DNA of 64,000 bases from Acidobacteriota bacterium (lineage in GTDB: Bacteria; Acidobacteriota; Thermoanaerobaculia; Gp7-AA8), in contig JACPDH010000077.1 of the NCBI GenBank assembly GCA_016184115.1, positions 64,103-128,102 of the forward strand, given 5' to 3'. Of the stretch, positions 1 through 11,401 are shown in pieces. Under the pieces are notes generated by a model. That model was not told the DNA's origin. It was given only the letters and a program-made list of their open reading frames with translations, and ran no database searches. A program made the translations under genes and the position numbers. Each line of letters begins with the position of its first letter. The first letter of the stretch is position 1.

Positions 1-201
1 TTGTGCGAGCAGCTTCACGGCGAGAACGACCAGCGGTGCGGAGTGCCAGAGCAGATCGAACCAGTCGATTGGCCGCTTGAGCGTTCCACCGATCAGCATC
101 CGGCATTTCTCGAGCAAATGGGATTGCCCAAACGGGATCAACGCCATGAGAATCGTGACCGCAATCAGGAAGGGATAGGGGATCCTCTCGAGAAATGACA
201 T
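1..201 (-). CDS. Small hydrophobic membrane protein, 5' partial in window (continues beyond position 1); start ATG at rc 199-201
   Basis: Manual minus-strand translation gives MSFLERIPYPFLIAVTILMALIPFGQSHLLEKCRMLIGGTLKRPIDWFDLLW..., hydrophobic with good GC3; abuts mntP stop. Not in the ORF track because it is truncated. Confidence 0.3.
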   Translation of the reverse strand, partial: MSFLERIPYPFLIAVTILMALIPFGQSHLLEKCRMLIGGTLKRPIDWFDLLWHSAPLVVLAVKLLAQ

Positions 202-205
202 TCGA

Positions 206-769
206 TCAGTCTCCGATGAAGTGCTCGGCGACCGACCAGACGCCGATCGCGATCAGAACGATTCCACCAAGGATCTCCACGCGCGAGCCGAACTTCTCGC
301 CGATTGCGCGTCCGGCCCAGGCGCCAACGAATGACATGCCGAATGACACCACGCCGATGACCGCCGCGGAGGTTGCGAGCGGCAGCTCGAGTGTCGGGAG
401 CGTGGCGCCGACCGCGAGTGCATCGATGCTCGTCGCGACACCGAGCACGAAGAGGGTGTGAAGCGGCAAGTTGGGGTCGACCTTCTCGACCTCGTCACAG
501 TGATCCTCGAGCGCCTCGTGGATCATCTTCCCTCCGACCCAGGCGAGCAGCGCGAAGGCGATCCAGTGGTCCCAATGCTCGAGATAACGATTCGCCGCGT
601 TGCCTCCAAGCGCGCCGGCGAGAGCCATCGCGAACTGGAAGCTCCCGAATGTGAGGGCGAGCTTCGCGATGTCGCGGAACGAGAAGCGCTTGAGGGCGAA
701 TGATGCGGCGACCGCTGTTACATCCATCGCGACGCTCAGCGCGATGATCAGGAGGAGGGCGATGTTCAT
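206..769 (-). CDS. mntP: Manganese efflux pump MntP (DUF204 family)
   Basis: 187 aa. Two repeated hydrophobic halves with conserved acidic residues (AMDVTAVAA ... ATSIDALAVG), typical MntP architecture. Confidence 0.75.
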   Translation of the reverse strand: MNIALLLIIALSVAMDVTAVAASFALKRFSFRDIAKLALTFGSFQFAMALAGALGGNAANRYLEHWDHWIAFALLAWVGGKMIHEALEDHCDEVEKVDPNLPLHTLFVLGVATSIDALAVGATLPTLELPLATSAAVIGVVSFGMSFVGAWAGRAIGEKFGSRVEILGGIVLIAIGVWSVAEHFIGD

Positions 770-1040
770 TCGTTCGATCTCGGTTTCATTGGCTGCAGTG
801 GTGAACCGGCGAGAGGCGAGAGCTCGAGGACGAGGCGCCGCGCGTTTGTTGCAGGCGCGATGACGAGGACGCGGATGCGCATCGGAGGGTGCGTCATTCT
901 ATGACGCCAATCAAGCCCGGTTGGTGATCGTGCACACCCGATTCGAGGGGCAAAAAGTGAGGAATAGGATCCTGGGGAGGTGCGTTTCCCCCGTTGCGCT
1001 TGACAGGCTGATGGCAGCCGCCTCAGAATGTCGCCCGCTC

Positions 1041-1116
<76 letters not shown>

Positions 1117-1130
1117 ACGAAAACGATCGA

Positions 1131-1158
1131 AGGGCCGCCTCGGCGGCCCTTTTTTTCG
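1131..1158 (+). terminator. Rho-independent terminator after tRNA-Gly (palindromic; may also serve the convergent RR gene)
   Basis: GGGCCGCC-tcg-GGCGGCCC hairpin followed by TTTTTTT. Confidence 0.8.
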
Positions 1159-1165
1159 TCTGAGA

Positions 1166-2518
<1,353 letters not shown>

Positions 2519-2536
2519 TCGTGGTCTCGTGCCTCC

Positions 2537-4690
2537 TCAGGCAGGGATCTCGATCTCGAACCGCGTTCCGCGCGGCTGGTTCGGGTGGACGGTGATGCGG
2601 CCGTCGTGATCCTTGACGATGCGGAGCACGATTGCGAGCCCCAGGCCCGTCCCTTTTTCTTTCGTGGAGTAGTACGGAAGGAAGAGGCGCTCCCGGTCGG
2701 CCGCGGTGACTCCTCGACCGGTGTCGGAGACTTCGATGCGAAGCGTCTTCCTGCGGAGTCGCGCGCGGAGCGTGACGGCACCCTCTTCGGTTGCCTCGAC
2801 GGCGTTGTCGAGGAGGTTCACGATCGCGCGGCGGATCTGCTCGGGATCGACGACGGCGCGGAGGTCGTCGGCAATGTCGGCGTCGAGTGTGACCCCCGGC
2901 TTGACCTCGGAATAGAGCTGCGCCGCCTCACGAAGAATCGCGCTCACGTCGCTCATCCGCAGATGGATCGCCGGCATTCGTGCGAAGCGCGAGAACTCGT
3001 CGACCATGCTCTGCAGCTCGGTCACGGAGTTGACGATCGTGCGGCAACCCTCGTCGACAACGGTGGCGACGCCTTCGTCACCTGCCTGGAACTTCTTTCG
3101 GATTCGATCGGCGGAGAGGCGGATCGGCGTGAGCGGATTCTTGATCTCGTGGGCGATTCGTCGTGCGGCCTCACTCCAGGCCGCGAGTTTCTGCGCCTGA
3201 ATCAGCTGCGTGGAATCTTCGATCGCGACGACCCAGCCGATGGTCTTCTCGGCAGAGGTCATCGGCGCGGCAGAGATCTCGAGGTAGAGGATGTCGCCGC
3301 CGCGCGAGAGCGAGACCTCGCGGGGCCGTGGCTCACGCTTGAGCAGTTCGCGAAGGTAGTTACCGATCGGCGTGAGAGGGCCGACGAGGATCTCGTCGAG
3401 GCGTGCTCCCGGCGCGGGCTCGGCGGGGAGCTGGAGGATCCGGAGAGCCGCGCGGTTGATGCTGAGCAGCTCGAGCTGGTCGGTGCAGGCGAGGATTCCG
3501 GTCGAAACGCTCTCGAGGATCGTCGACAGGTAGGCGCGCTCGTCGCCGAGGCGGCGATTGACCTCCTCGGTTTCACGGTTCGACGCCGTGACCGCGTCGC
3601 GCTGCGCCTCGAGTTGTTCCGCCATGCTGTTGAACGACTCGATGAGCTGGCCGAGCTCGTCGGTGCCGCGAAGCTCGATGCGATGGCCGTAGTCGCCGCC
3701 TGCGAGCGTGCGCGTTCCCTCGGCGAGTGCCTGGACGGGGCCGGTGATGCGCCTCGAGACGTAGATCGAGATCCAGAGCGTGCCGAAGAGGACGAAGAGC
3801 GTGACGGTGAGGAACATCGAGGTCTGCGACGCCTTGAGTGCCTGGCGCTGCGCGTCGAGCTGCTGGAAGTCGGCAAACGCGACGACGTTCTGGTCGACCA
3901 TCCGCGCAATCTCGCCGGTGAGAAAGACGCCGGCGATTGCAACGAGTTGCTTGCCGCGGACGTCGATGCGGCGGCCGGAACGAATCCACTTCCCCGTGGG
4001 CGTGACCTCGATCTTGAACGCTCCTCCGTCGGCTGCGATCCTCTCGAGGAACTGCGTAGTCGGCTCGCGCATTTGATGGACTGGCGCGCGCGGGTCGGCG
4101 AGAAGACTCAGCACGACGCCGGCCTCGTAGACCCCGGCCACGTCGACGCCCTGCGTGGCACGCACATGGCGCAGCGCGGCGTCGATTCGATCGGCGCCGC
4201 CTTTTTCGACCGCTTCCCCGACCTCGGTCGCAGCGCGTCGGCTTCGCTCGATCGCCTCGCTCTGCAGCTGCTCGGCGATCGACTCGCTGTTCGTGAGGAT
4301 CGTCCGTACTGGCGTGTTGAACCAACGATCGATCGACACGCGAAGGAGGTCGGTCGCAACGAAAAAGAGAAGTCCGATTGGCACGAGCGCCGTAGCGAGA
4401 TAAGTGAGTACCAGTTTCGTCCTGAAGCGCGAGCCGGCGACGCCGCGCTGACGCTCGAGAACCAGCTTGATCACATTTCGCGTCAGGACGAAGAGGATGC
4501 CGAGGATGAGGATGACATTGATGTTCCATAGAGCGAAGAGGAGCAGCCGGCTCGTCAGCGCTTCCGGGGAGAGCTCCCGCGCGCGGAGCATCAGGTAATA
4601 GACGAGGCTCGTCGCGACGAAGAGCAGGAGCGGGACCGTGATGACGAAGCGCGGGTCCTTGCGGTAGTCGAGCAGGTTTGACGCCTTCAT
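2537..4690 (-). CDS. NtrY-like sensor histidine kinase (4 TM, HAMP, PAS, HisKA, HATPase)
   Basis: 717 aa. N-terminal hydrophobic segments, HAMP-like segment, H-box HEIKNPLTPIRLSADRI, N/G boxes LLDNAVEA ... DTGRGV ... GTGLGLAIV. Immediately upstream of and co-oriented with the sigma-54 RR. Confidence 0.8.
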   Translation of the reverse strand: MKASNLLDYRKDPRFVITVPLLLFVATSLVYYLMLRARELSPEALTSRLLLFALWNINVILILGILFVLTRNVIKLVLERQRGVAGSRFRTKLVLTYLATALVPIGLLFFVATDLLRVSIDRWFNTPVRTILTNSESIAEQLQSEAIERSRRAATEVGEAVEKGGADRIDAALRHVRATQGVDVAGVYEAGVVLSLLADPRAPVHQMREPTTQFLERIAADGGAFKIEVTPTGKWIRSGRRIDVRGKQLVAIAGVFLTGEIARMVDQNVVAFADFQQLDAQRQALKASQTSMFLTVTLFVLFGTLWISIYVSRRITGPVQALAEGTRTLAGGDYGHRIELRGTDELGQLIESFNSMAEQLEAQRDAVTASNRETEEVNRRLGDERAYLSTILESVSTGILACTDQLELLSINRAALRILQLPAEPAPGARLDEILVGPLTPIGNYLRELLKREPRPREVSLSRGGDILYLEISAAPMTSAEKTIGWVVAIEDSTQLIQAQKLAAWSEAARRIAHEIKNPLTPIRLSADRIRKKFQAGDEGVATVVDEGCRTIVNSVTELQSMVDEFSRFARMPAIHLRMSDVSAILREAAQLYSEVKPGVTLDADIADDLRAVVDPEQIRRAIVNLLDNAVEATEEGAVTLRARLRRKTLRIEVSDTGRGVTAADRERLFLPYYSTKEKGTGLGLAIVLRIVKDHDGRITVHPNQPRGTRFEIEIPA

Positions 4691-5235
4691 CGCGTCTTCG
4701 GCGTCCTCACCCGCGCCTTACTCCATTCCGTCGACACGTCCCACGGGATCATGTTCAGGAGGAACTCGCGCATCAGGTCGGCCCGGACACGCACGTGCAG
4801 CTTGTAAGGCTTCCACACGCCAGTGGAGAGGAGATCGGGCTCGACGATCGTCGTCATTCGTTTTCGAAGCTCGGCGGGGTCGTTGAGGGTCTCCGAGCGG
4901 ACGAGCTTGCCGTCGCGCCTGTAATTGACGAGGTACTCGCGCGTGCGCGAGTCGTAGGTGCTGATGATCTCGATCCTCGCCTCGCCGACCGTCGAGTCGA
5001 ACCAGTTCGGCCGGTAGCGCACCATCTCGATGTGGTACGTGAAGCCCGTTGGCAGCCCGCTCTCAAGCGCCTTGTTCAACTGGTCGACGTCAAAGGCTCC
5101 CGTGAGCTCGAAGGAGACGGAGACCTTGCTGCCCCGTTCAGTCGCCGAGAGTTTCGAAATCTTCGGCTTTGCAGCGAGGGGGAGCACCCCAAGCAGCAGA
5201 AAAAGCGCGAGAAACGCGAATCGCCGGGCCACTGT
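4687..5235 (-). CDS. DUF4390-like secreted/lipoprotein-type hypothetical, commonly found upstream of ntrY
   Basis: ORF 4687-5343 overlaps lpxC by 58 nt. The true start is probably internal (around VARRFAFLALFLLLGVLPLAAKP, a signal peptide). 4-nt overlap with the HK start. Confidence 0.4.
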   Translation of the reverse strand, partial: TVARRFAFLALFLLLGVLPLAAKPKISKLSATERGSKVSVSFELTGAFDVDQLNKALESGLPTGFTYHIEMVRYRPNWFDSTVGEARIEIISTYDSRTREYLVNYRRDGKLVRSETLNDPAELRKRMTTIVEPDLLSTGVWKPYKLHVRVRADLMREFLLNMIPWDVSTEWSKARVRTPKTR

Positions 5236-5284
5236 GGCGTTTTTACCACAGTCAGCGCCCGACGAACACGGGGAAGTGATGGTC

Positions 5285-6199
5285 TTACTCCTGGCGGTTT
5301 GCTGTCGCGTAGAGACCGGCGGAGGCGGAGTCGGTCCGGTCATTCCGCTCCTCGGCGCTCCAGACCGCTGCCTTTTCGAGGACGGCAGCGACGAAGCGGG
5401 AGTGGAGCGCGTGGCCGGCGCGTGAGGCGGTGATCTCGCCTACGAGAGGCCGCCCGAGCAGCGCGAGATCACCAACGAGGTCGAGGACTTTGTGCCGCAC
5501 GAACTCGTCGGTGTAGCGAAGCGCTCCGTTGATCACGCGGTGATCGTCGAGGACGATGCAGTTCTCGACGGAGCCGCCGCGAGCGAGTCCGGCGGCGCGC
5601 ATCTTCTCGACGTCGCGGAGGAAGCCGAACGTGCGGGCACCCGCAACCTTCTTCGAAAAGTTCTCGGCGTTGAGCTCGAGCTTCATCGACTGCTTTCCGA
5701 TGGCAGGATGGGCGAAGTCGACGTTGTAGCGGATTTGCAGGGTGTTCGTGCGTGCCGGCTCGATCCGGACGAACTTGTCGCCGTCGCGCACTTCAATCGC
5801 TTCGCGGATCCGAATCGGTTCGATCGTCGCATCGAGCTCGCGGACCCCCGCGGCTTCGATGAGGTGGATGAAGGGAAGCGCGCTGCCGTCGACGATCGGA
5901 ACTTCGACTCCATCGACGACGATGTCGAGGTCTGTGAGGCCTGCGGCAGCGATCGCCGCAAGGAGGTGCTCGATCGTGCCGATCGAGACGTCATCCCGGC
6001 CGACAGAGGTGGCGTAGTCAAGAGCAGTCGTGCTCGACTGGAGCGCAGGGATGCGCAGGCCGTCGAGATCGGAGCGGACGAATGCGATGCCGGAGCCGGC
6101 GGCCGCGGGGCGAAGCTCGACGCGGGTGTAGATTCCGGAGTGGAGACCGATGCCTTCGATGGCCACCGGGGCGTTGATCGTTTTTCTGTGCATGGTCAT
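5285..6199 (-). CDS. lpxC: UDP-3-O-acyl-N-acetylglucosamine deacetylase LpxC
   Basis: 304 aa. LpxC family signature (GIGLHSG..., two-domain fold, HKVLDLVGDLAL). Confidence 0.85.
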   Translation of the reverse strand: MTMHRKTINAPVAIEGIGLHSGIYTRVELRPAAAGSGIAFVRSDLDGLRIPALQSSTTALDYATSVGRDDVSIGTIEHLLAAIAAAGLTDLDIVVDGVEVPIVDGSALPFIHLIEAAGVRELDATIEPIRIREAIEVRDGDKFVRIEPARTNTLQIRYNVDFAHPAIGKQSMKLELNAENFSKKVAGARTFGFLRDVEKMRAAGLARGGSVENCIVLDDHRVINGALRYTDEFVRHKVLDLVGDLALLGRPLVGEITASRAGHALHSRFVAAVLEKAAVWSAEERNDRTDSASAGLYATANRQE

Positions 6200-6418
6200 A
6201 GGGATGCCTTCGAGCTCTTCGCCAACCTAAAGCAGACCCCGTGCCAGTTCGCGCCATTCTTCCTTTCAGCGGCTAAGTCACACAGATTCAGATTATTGAG
6301 AGACGGAGCGTATTTGGGTTTCGGGAGGATGGTGTCGTCGCAACGGTGCAACGGTGTGGCTGATTAACCACACCCATGGCGCTCGATTCCGATTCAGCCG
6401 TTACCGGCCACTGGTCTA

Positions 6419-6597
6419 GCCCGCATTTCTCATAGCCCTTCTGCTGCGACAGCCGATAGCTGTCTGTCTGCTTCATAGCGCGACGATCTCACTCCTCGAC
6501 ATAGTGTCAGCGATGCCGTCGTCGCGAAAACGCCGCGCGCCTCGCATTCAGGCCACTCTCGGCTGTCTCGCGACGAAGGGCTGTGAGAAATGCGGGC
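6419..6597 (+). ncRNA. Structured 5' leader / candidate cis-regulatory RNA closed by a 20-bp long-range helix
   Basis: GCCCGCATTTCTCATAGCCC (6419-6438) pairs with GGGCTGTGAGAAATGCGGGC (6578-6597). All 20 positions pair when transcribed from the + strand, with one G-U wobble (this would be A-C on the minus strand). Encloses about 140 nt of comparatively AT-rich non-coding sequence. Confidence 0.35.
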
Positions 6598-6730
6598 CAG
6601 GAGTCTGCGCGATATACTGATTTTGCAGCTCGGATTGATGCCAGTCGCGACTCCAATCGGCGCGACGCAAGGGCGAAGACGTCAAAACGACCCGCAGGGT
6701 GCCGCGGTGTGTGAAGGTGGGTGGCGAGAG

Positions 6731-8350
6731 ATGCTTTCAGAAATCTCCGAGATCGAGCCGAAGCTCAAGGAAATTCTCTACAACTGCCTCGAGCAGATTC
6801 GTGCGACGAAAGCCGCGCTTTACATCGCGGACAGCGAGAGGCAGCCGTACGTTCTCGTGACCCAGTACGGGTTCAAAGAAGGACTGCGGAAGCAGATTGA
6901 GCTGAGCGACCCGGCGATCGATCTCCTCTTGTTGAAACGGGTTCCCTTTTTCCTCAATTCGCTCGGCGAGGATTCGCGTTTCGCGCAGGCGCTCGACAGC
7001 GCGTCGACGACGAGGATCCTCATCGCGCCGATCTACTCGCGCGGACGGCTTTACGGACTCGTCGACATGCGTGACAGGGCCGGAGGCAAGCCGTTCGAAC
7101 ATTCCGATTCAGAAACTGCACAGGAGATCACGCAGCAATTCCTCGACCTGTTCGGCGAGCGCGGGATCTTCGGGCTCTCCAGGGAAGCGCTGCTTCCTCC
7201 GATTACGTCAGCGGGTAACATCGAGATTCCGAAGATCGCCATCTCAACGTCGGAGCCTTCGGCGTCGTACCTCAAGATCTCCAACAGGACGGTCGATGAT
7301 GCGAAGCGCTATGTCGATCGCGGCGGGCTCCGCCCGCGTGCGGGACGAAAGGCGCTCACCGAGGCGCACGTGCGGAGTGGCGCGGTCGTTCTGCCCGGAG
7401 TCCTGGCGATTCCGGGCGCGCTCGTCGCGGCGCTCTCCGCGTTCAGCGAGCTCGGTGGTGCGCAGGTCGTCGCGTCTCGTGCTGCAGTCACGCAGGAGGC
7501 GATGGATCAGTTTCAGGCGAAGCTCCGAGGCTGGCAACAGAAACGCAACGAGCCCGACAAGCTCACTGAAACGACGACCCAGTATCCCTATGGCAAGTTA
7601 GGCGCGCCGATCGGCCCCGAGCGCATGGCCTCGACGCTGAGCGCGCCGGTGCGTGTCGAAGGGATCGCCGGTGTCGTCCTGACCGTCGCGTTCGAGTCGC
7701 AGCCGGGGAACGAGACGAAAACGCTGCTCGAGGAGTTTCTCGCGCGTCTCGAGGAGATCCTCCGCTACGCAATGATCGCCGACGATTACCATTCGATTCG
7801 CCATCGGATCGCGCAGAAGCTGATCGAACCCGACCTCAACCACTATCCGCATCTCAAGAACCACTCGGAGCGCGTGGCTGACCTCGCGGAGCGGCTCGCA
7901 CTCTTCGTGGGCCTGGAGCCTGCCGAGGTCGAGAAGATCCGCCTTGCCGGCTATGTCCACGACGTCGGCATGCGGCTGCTCGACTACGGGGCAATCTACA
8001 GGAAGTCGGGGCTGACGACCGACGACATGGACCTGATCAAGAATCACCCAGTGGTCGGCGCCGCGTTGATCGCCGAATCGCCGCTTGGCCCTGAGATCGC
8101 GAGCATCGTTCTCGCCCACCATGAGCGACCTGATGGTACTGGCTACCCGTCGGGCGTTACCTCGGACGACATTCCGATCGGTGCGCGGATCATTCACATC
8201 TGTGAGGCGTTCGACGCGATGACCGCTTCTGACTCGTATCAGACGCCGGTGCCGACGGCCGCTGCCCTTGCGAAGATCAAGCGAGTCGCGGGCGCGCAGT
8301 TCGACGAGGCGCTCGTGGAGAAGTTTGCGGCGATGATGAGCCGGGAGTAA
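6731..8350 (+). CDS. GAF-domain / HD-GYP-domain protein (putative c-di-GMP phosphodiesterase)
   Basis: HD motif HDVGM and HHERPDGTGYP (HD-GYP signature). N-terminal GAF-like region. Start moved from 6590 to the ATG at 6731 (preceded by GGTGGCGAGAG; upstream ORF portion has poor GC3 and low complexity). Confidence 0.8.
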   Translation: MLSEISEIEPKLKEILYNCLEQIRATKAALYIADSERQPYVLVTQYGFKEGLRKQIELSDPAIDLLLLKRVPFFLNSLGEDSRFAQALDSASTTRILIAPIYSRGRLYGLVDMRDRAGGKPFEHSDSETAQEITQQFLDLFGERGIFGLSREALLPPITSAGNIEIPKIAISTSEPSASYLKISNRTVDDAKRYVDRGGLRPRAGRKALTEAHVRSGAVVLPGVLAIPGALVAALSAFSELGGAQVVASRAAVTQEAMDQFQAKLRGWQQKRNEPDKLTETTTQYPYGKLGAPIGPERMASTLSAPVRVEGIAGVVLTVAFESQPGNETKTLLEEFLARLEEILRYAMIADDYHSIRHRIAQKLIEPDLNHYPHLKNHSERVADLAERLALFVGLEPAEVEKIRLAGYVHDVGMRLLDYGAIYRKSGLTTDDMDLIKNHPVVGAALIAESPLGPEIASIVLAHHERPDGTGYPSGVTSDDIPIGARIIHICEAFDAMTASDSYQTPVPTAAALAKIKRVAGAQFDEALVEKFAAMMSRE

Positions 8351-8431
8351 CGCCGGGCCTGCTCCGCGTTTCACTCTCCCGCGCCGAGTGCCCGTCTGCG
8401 AGGACGGGCGTAGGCGGTGCACAGGCCACCC

Positions 8432-8905
8432 ATGACAAAGAAGAACGACGACGGCGAGAAGTCGGTCGCGACCAACCGGAAGGCGTACCACGATTACTTC
8501 ATCCTCGAGAAGCACGAGGCTGGGATCGCCCTGTTCGGCACCGAGGTGAAGTCGCTTCGCGACGGCCGCGCCATCCTGAAAGATGCCTACGTCATCTTCA
8601 AGGGTGCGGAGGCGTGGCTGTTCGGTGCTCACATCTCTCCGTACAGCCACGGCAACCTGCAGAATCACGAGCCGGAGCGGACCCGCAAGCTGCTTCTTCA
8701 CCGCCGCGAGATCGACAAGCTGGCAGCCGAGGCGACGATCAAAGGAAACGCGATCATCCCGCTCCGCATCTACTTCAAGGGAAGCCGGGCGAAGGTCGAG
8801 ATCGCCGTCGTCAAAGGGAAGAAGCAGTACGACAAGCGCGAGACTGAGCGGACGAAGGAAGCAGACCGCGAGGCCGCGGCAGCGATCAAGCACGGCCGGA
8901 GGTGA
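8432..8905 (+). CDS. smpB: SsrA-binding protein SmpB
   Basis: TNRKAYHDYFILEKHEAGIALFGTEVKSLRDGRAILKDAYV...LLLHRREIDKL. Classic SmpB. Confidence 0.85.
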   Translation: MTKKNDDGEKSVATNRKAYHDYFILEKHEAGIALFGTEVKSLRDGRAILKDAYVIFKGAEAWLFGAHISPYSHGNLQNHEPERTRKLLLHRREIDKLAAEATIKGNAIIPLRIYFKGSRAKVEIAVVKGKKQYDKRETERTKEADREAAAAIKHGRR

Positions 8906-8948
8906 GGCGCGTCGCTGCCCGTTCGCGGAGCAGCTTTACAATGGGCGC

Positions 8949-11351
8949 GTGCTCCCCAGCGGATTCCGCATCGGAACCTACGAGATCGTGGGCCTGCTCG
9001 GCTCGGGTGGGATGGGGGAGGTCTACCGGGCCCGCGATGCCCGCCTAGGTCGCGACGTCGCGATCAAGCTTCTCTGGAGCGACCGAACGCCGACGCCGCA
9101 GGCGATTGCGCGGTTCCGTACCGAGGCACGGGCCGCGTCCGCGCTCAACCATCCCGCGATCGTGCACATCTACGACGTTGGCGAGGTCGAGATCCCCGCG
9201 TCGTCCGGTGGCGTCGCAGCCACGTCGTACATCGTGATGGAGCTCATCGATGGCACCACTCTTCGGCAGCACATCGCCGACGGAGCACCGGCGGAAGCGA
9301 TCGTCGACTGGCTGGTCGAGATCGCCGACGGGCTGGCCAAGGCGCACGACGCTGGGATCATTCACCGCGATCTGAAGCCGGAAAACATCATGATCGCGCG
9401 TGATGGATACGCGAAGATCGTCGACTTCGGCCTCGCAAAGCTGCGCGAGCCGTCGGGCGACGCGCCGATCGAAAGCCACTCGCCGACGGAGCCGCTGAAG
9501 ACGACCGAAGGACTCATCGTCGGTACGGCTCCCTACATGTCGCCGGAGCAGTTGCTGGGCCCGTCGGTTGATGCGCGCTCCGACATCTTCGCCTTCGGGG
9601 CGATCGCGTTCGAGTCATTCACGGGACAGCGACCCTTCGGTGGCTCGACGACGCTCGAGGTGATTCACGAGATCGCGTACGGAACGCTCGGCGAGATTCC
9701 TGAGAGCATTCCCTCCGCGCTCGCACCGATCGTTGCTCGCTGTCTCGAAAAGGAACCCTCACGTCGTTATTCGTCGGCCGCGGAGGTTGCGAAGGCGCTG
9801 CGGCGCGCGCGCACCGACGGACTCGAGAGCGGCGTAGCGCGCCGGCCTTCGCGCGCTCGGTCACGGCGTTGGATCGTCGCCGCGATTGCGCTACTCGCGC
9901 TTGTCGGCGCCGCGGTGGGGATCGGCACATTCATTCGACGCGATGCAGAGACTGCCGTAGCGACGAAGGCGGTCGGCAGCATCGCGGTGCTTCCGTTTCA
10001 CAACGTGAATGCGGACAGCGAGATCGACTATCTCGCCGAAGGCATGACGGACTCGATCATCTACACGCTGTCGCGCGTGCCGAGTCTCCGTGTGATGTCG
10101 CGTGGCTCGGTCTCTCAGTTTCGAGATCGCAAGATGACGGCGCTCGAGACCGGAACGAAGCTTGGAGTCGACGCGGTACTCGATGGCGATATCGAGCAGC
10201 GTAACGGGCGCCTTACGGTCCGCGCGGAGCTCGTCTCGGTGCCTTCGGGAGAGTTGCTCTGGGGCGATCGCTACGATCGTGCCGCAGGTGACGCGCTGGC
10301 AATCCAGGCGACGATCGCGCGTGAGATCGGCGCGCACTTGCGGCGCTCTCTTTCGGCTGAGGAGCAAACGCGAGTCGCGACGCCTGAGACGGCGAGCCCC
10401 GAGGCCTACCGCGAGTATCTCAAGGGACGATTCTTCTGGAACAAGCGGACTGCCGAGGGGCTGCAGAAGGCGATCGAGCACTTCAACTTGGCACTCGAGC
10501 TCGATCCGACGTTTGCGCTTGCCTGGGTCGGGCTTGGCGACGCGCACGCCCTTCGCGAACAGTACGCCGGGATTCCGTCGAAGGAGAACTGCCCACGAGC
10601 GCTCGAGGCGGTTCGTCGTGCGCTCGAGCTCGACGCATCGCTACCGCAGGCGCATGCGTCGATGGGACTCCTTTATGCCCACTGCGAGTGGGACTGGCGC
10701 CGCTCGGAGGAGTCGTTCCGGCGCGCGATCGAGCTCGCGCCTGACTATCCGACCGTACATCACTGGTACGCGCTTCATCTCGGCTACCGTCTCCGATACG
10801 AGGAATCGCTCGCCGAAGCGCGGCACGCCGTCGACCTCGACCCGCTCTCGCCGATCGTCAACAACGCGTTGTCGGTCGCATACGACTACGGTCGACGCTA
10901 TCAGGAAACGCTCGAGCAGTCCGATCGGATCATCGAGATGGTTCCGTCGTTCCCCGTCGTGCACGTGCTAAAGGCTCGAGCCTTGCGGGGGTTAGGGCGC
11001 CTCGACGACGCGATTGCGGAGAATCAGAAAGCAATCGAGCTCTCCGGCGGTCGATCGCCGGAGGCGGTGGGGAACCTCGGCGTTTGTCGTGCGCTCCTGG
11101 GGGATCGAAGGGGCGTCCGCGAGGCGATGGAGACGCTCGAAGGCTCGCTCGGAACGAACCCAGCCAATGCTTACCAGCTCGCGAAGATCGCCGCGGCGGC
11201 AGGGGATACAGACGCGGCATTCCGGTGGCTCGACCGCGCGCGAGAGGCGCACAGCTGGCACCTCGTCGAGCTTGAAGTGGAGCCGGCATTCGACGCGATT
11301 CGCGTCGAGGCGCGGTTTCAGGCTCTCGTTCACGAGGTCGGGCTCGACTGA
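8949..11351 (+). CDS. Ser/Thr protein kinase with TM segment, periplasmic domain and C-terminal TPR repeats
   Basis: GSGGMGEVYRARD, VAIKLL, HRDLKPENIM, DFGLAK, APYMSPE. TM WIVAAIALLALVGAAVGIGTFI; TPR-like C-terminus. Start set to the in-frame GTG at 8949 just after the smpB stop (no in-frame ATG). Confidence 0.8.
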   Translation: MLPSGFRIGTYEIVGLLGSGGMGEVYRARDARLGRDVAIKLLWSDRTPTPQAIARFRTEARAASALNHPAIVHIYDVGEVEIPASSGGVAATSYIVMELIDGTTLRQHIADGAPAEAIVDWLVEIADGLAKAHDAGIIHRDLKPENIMIARDGYAKIVDFGLAKLREPSGDAPIESHSPTEPLKTTEGLIVGTAPYMSPEQLLGPSVDARSDIFAFGAIAFESFTGQRPFGGSTTLEVIHEIAYGTLGEIPESIPSALAPIVARCLEKEPSRRYSSAAEVAKALRRARTDGLESGVARRPSRARSRRWIVAAIALLALVGAAVGIGTFIRRDAETAVATKAVGSIAVLPFHNVNADSEIDYLAEGMTDSIIYTLSRVPSLRVMSRGSVSQFRDRKMTALETGTKLGVDAVLDGDIEQRNGRLTVRAELVSVPSGELLWGDRYDRAAGDALAIQATIAREIGAHLRRSLSAEEQTRVATPETASPEAYREYLKGRFFWNKRTAEGLQKAIEHFNLALELDPTFALAWVGLGDAHALREQYAGIPSKENCPRALEAVRRALELDASLPQAHASMGLLYAHCEWDWRRSEESFRRAIELAPDYPTVHHWYALHLGYRLRYEESLAEARHAVDLDPLSPIVNNALSVAYDYGRRYQETLEQSDRIIEMVPSFPVVHVLKARALRGLGRLDDAIAENQKAIELSGGRSPEAVGNLGVCRALLGDRRGVREAMETLEGSLGTNPANAYQLAKIAAAAGDTDAAFRWLDRAREAHSWHLVELEVEPAFDAIRVEARFQALVHEVGLD

Positions 11352-11401
11352 CGCGCCAGCCGTTTGACGTCGGCCGCGCGGCAACGTAGAGTCACCCGAT
11401 C

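Noticed and set aside
1-198. 65-aa + strand ORF at the window start
   Set aside because: No features, whereas the minus-strand frame gives a coherent hydrophobic membrane protein abutting mntP.
6419-6597. 6S RNA (SsrS)
   Set aside because: The length and closing stem are compatible, but no central bubble or conserved context could be verified. Kept only as an unclassified structured RNA candidate.
6590-6730. ORF-track start (ATG 6590) of the GAF/HD-GYP gene
   Set aside because: This part has AT-rich third positions (ata, att, gga, cga, aga) and low-complexity residues, and the ATG sits inside the long-range helix. The ATG at 6731 gives a sensible N-terminus with the purine-rich stretch GGTGGCGAGAG immediately upstream.
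8583-8948. Upstream extension of the Ser/Thr kinase ORF overlapping smpB
   Set aside because: It overlaps smpB in another frame. The kinase most plausibly starts at the in-frame GTG at 8949 right after the smpB stop.
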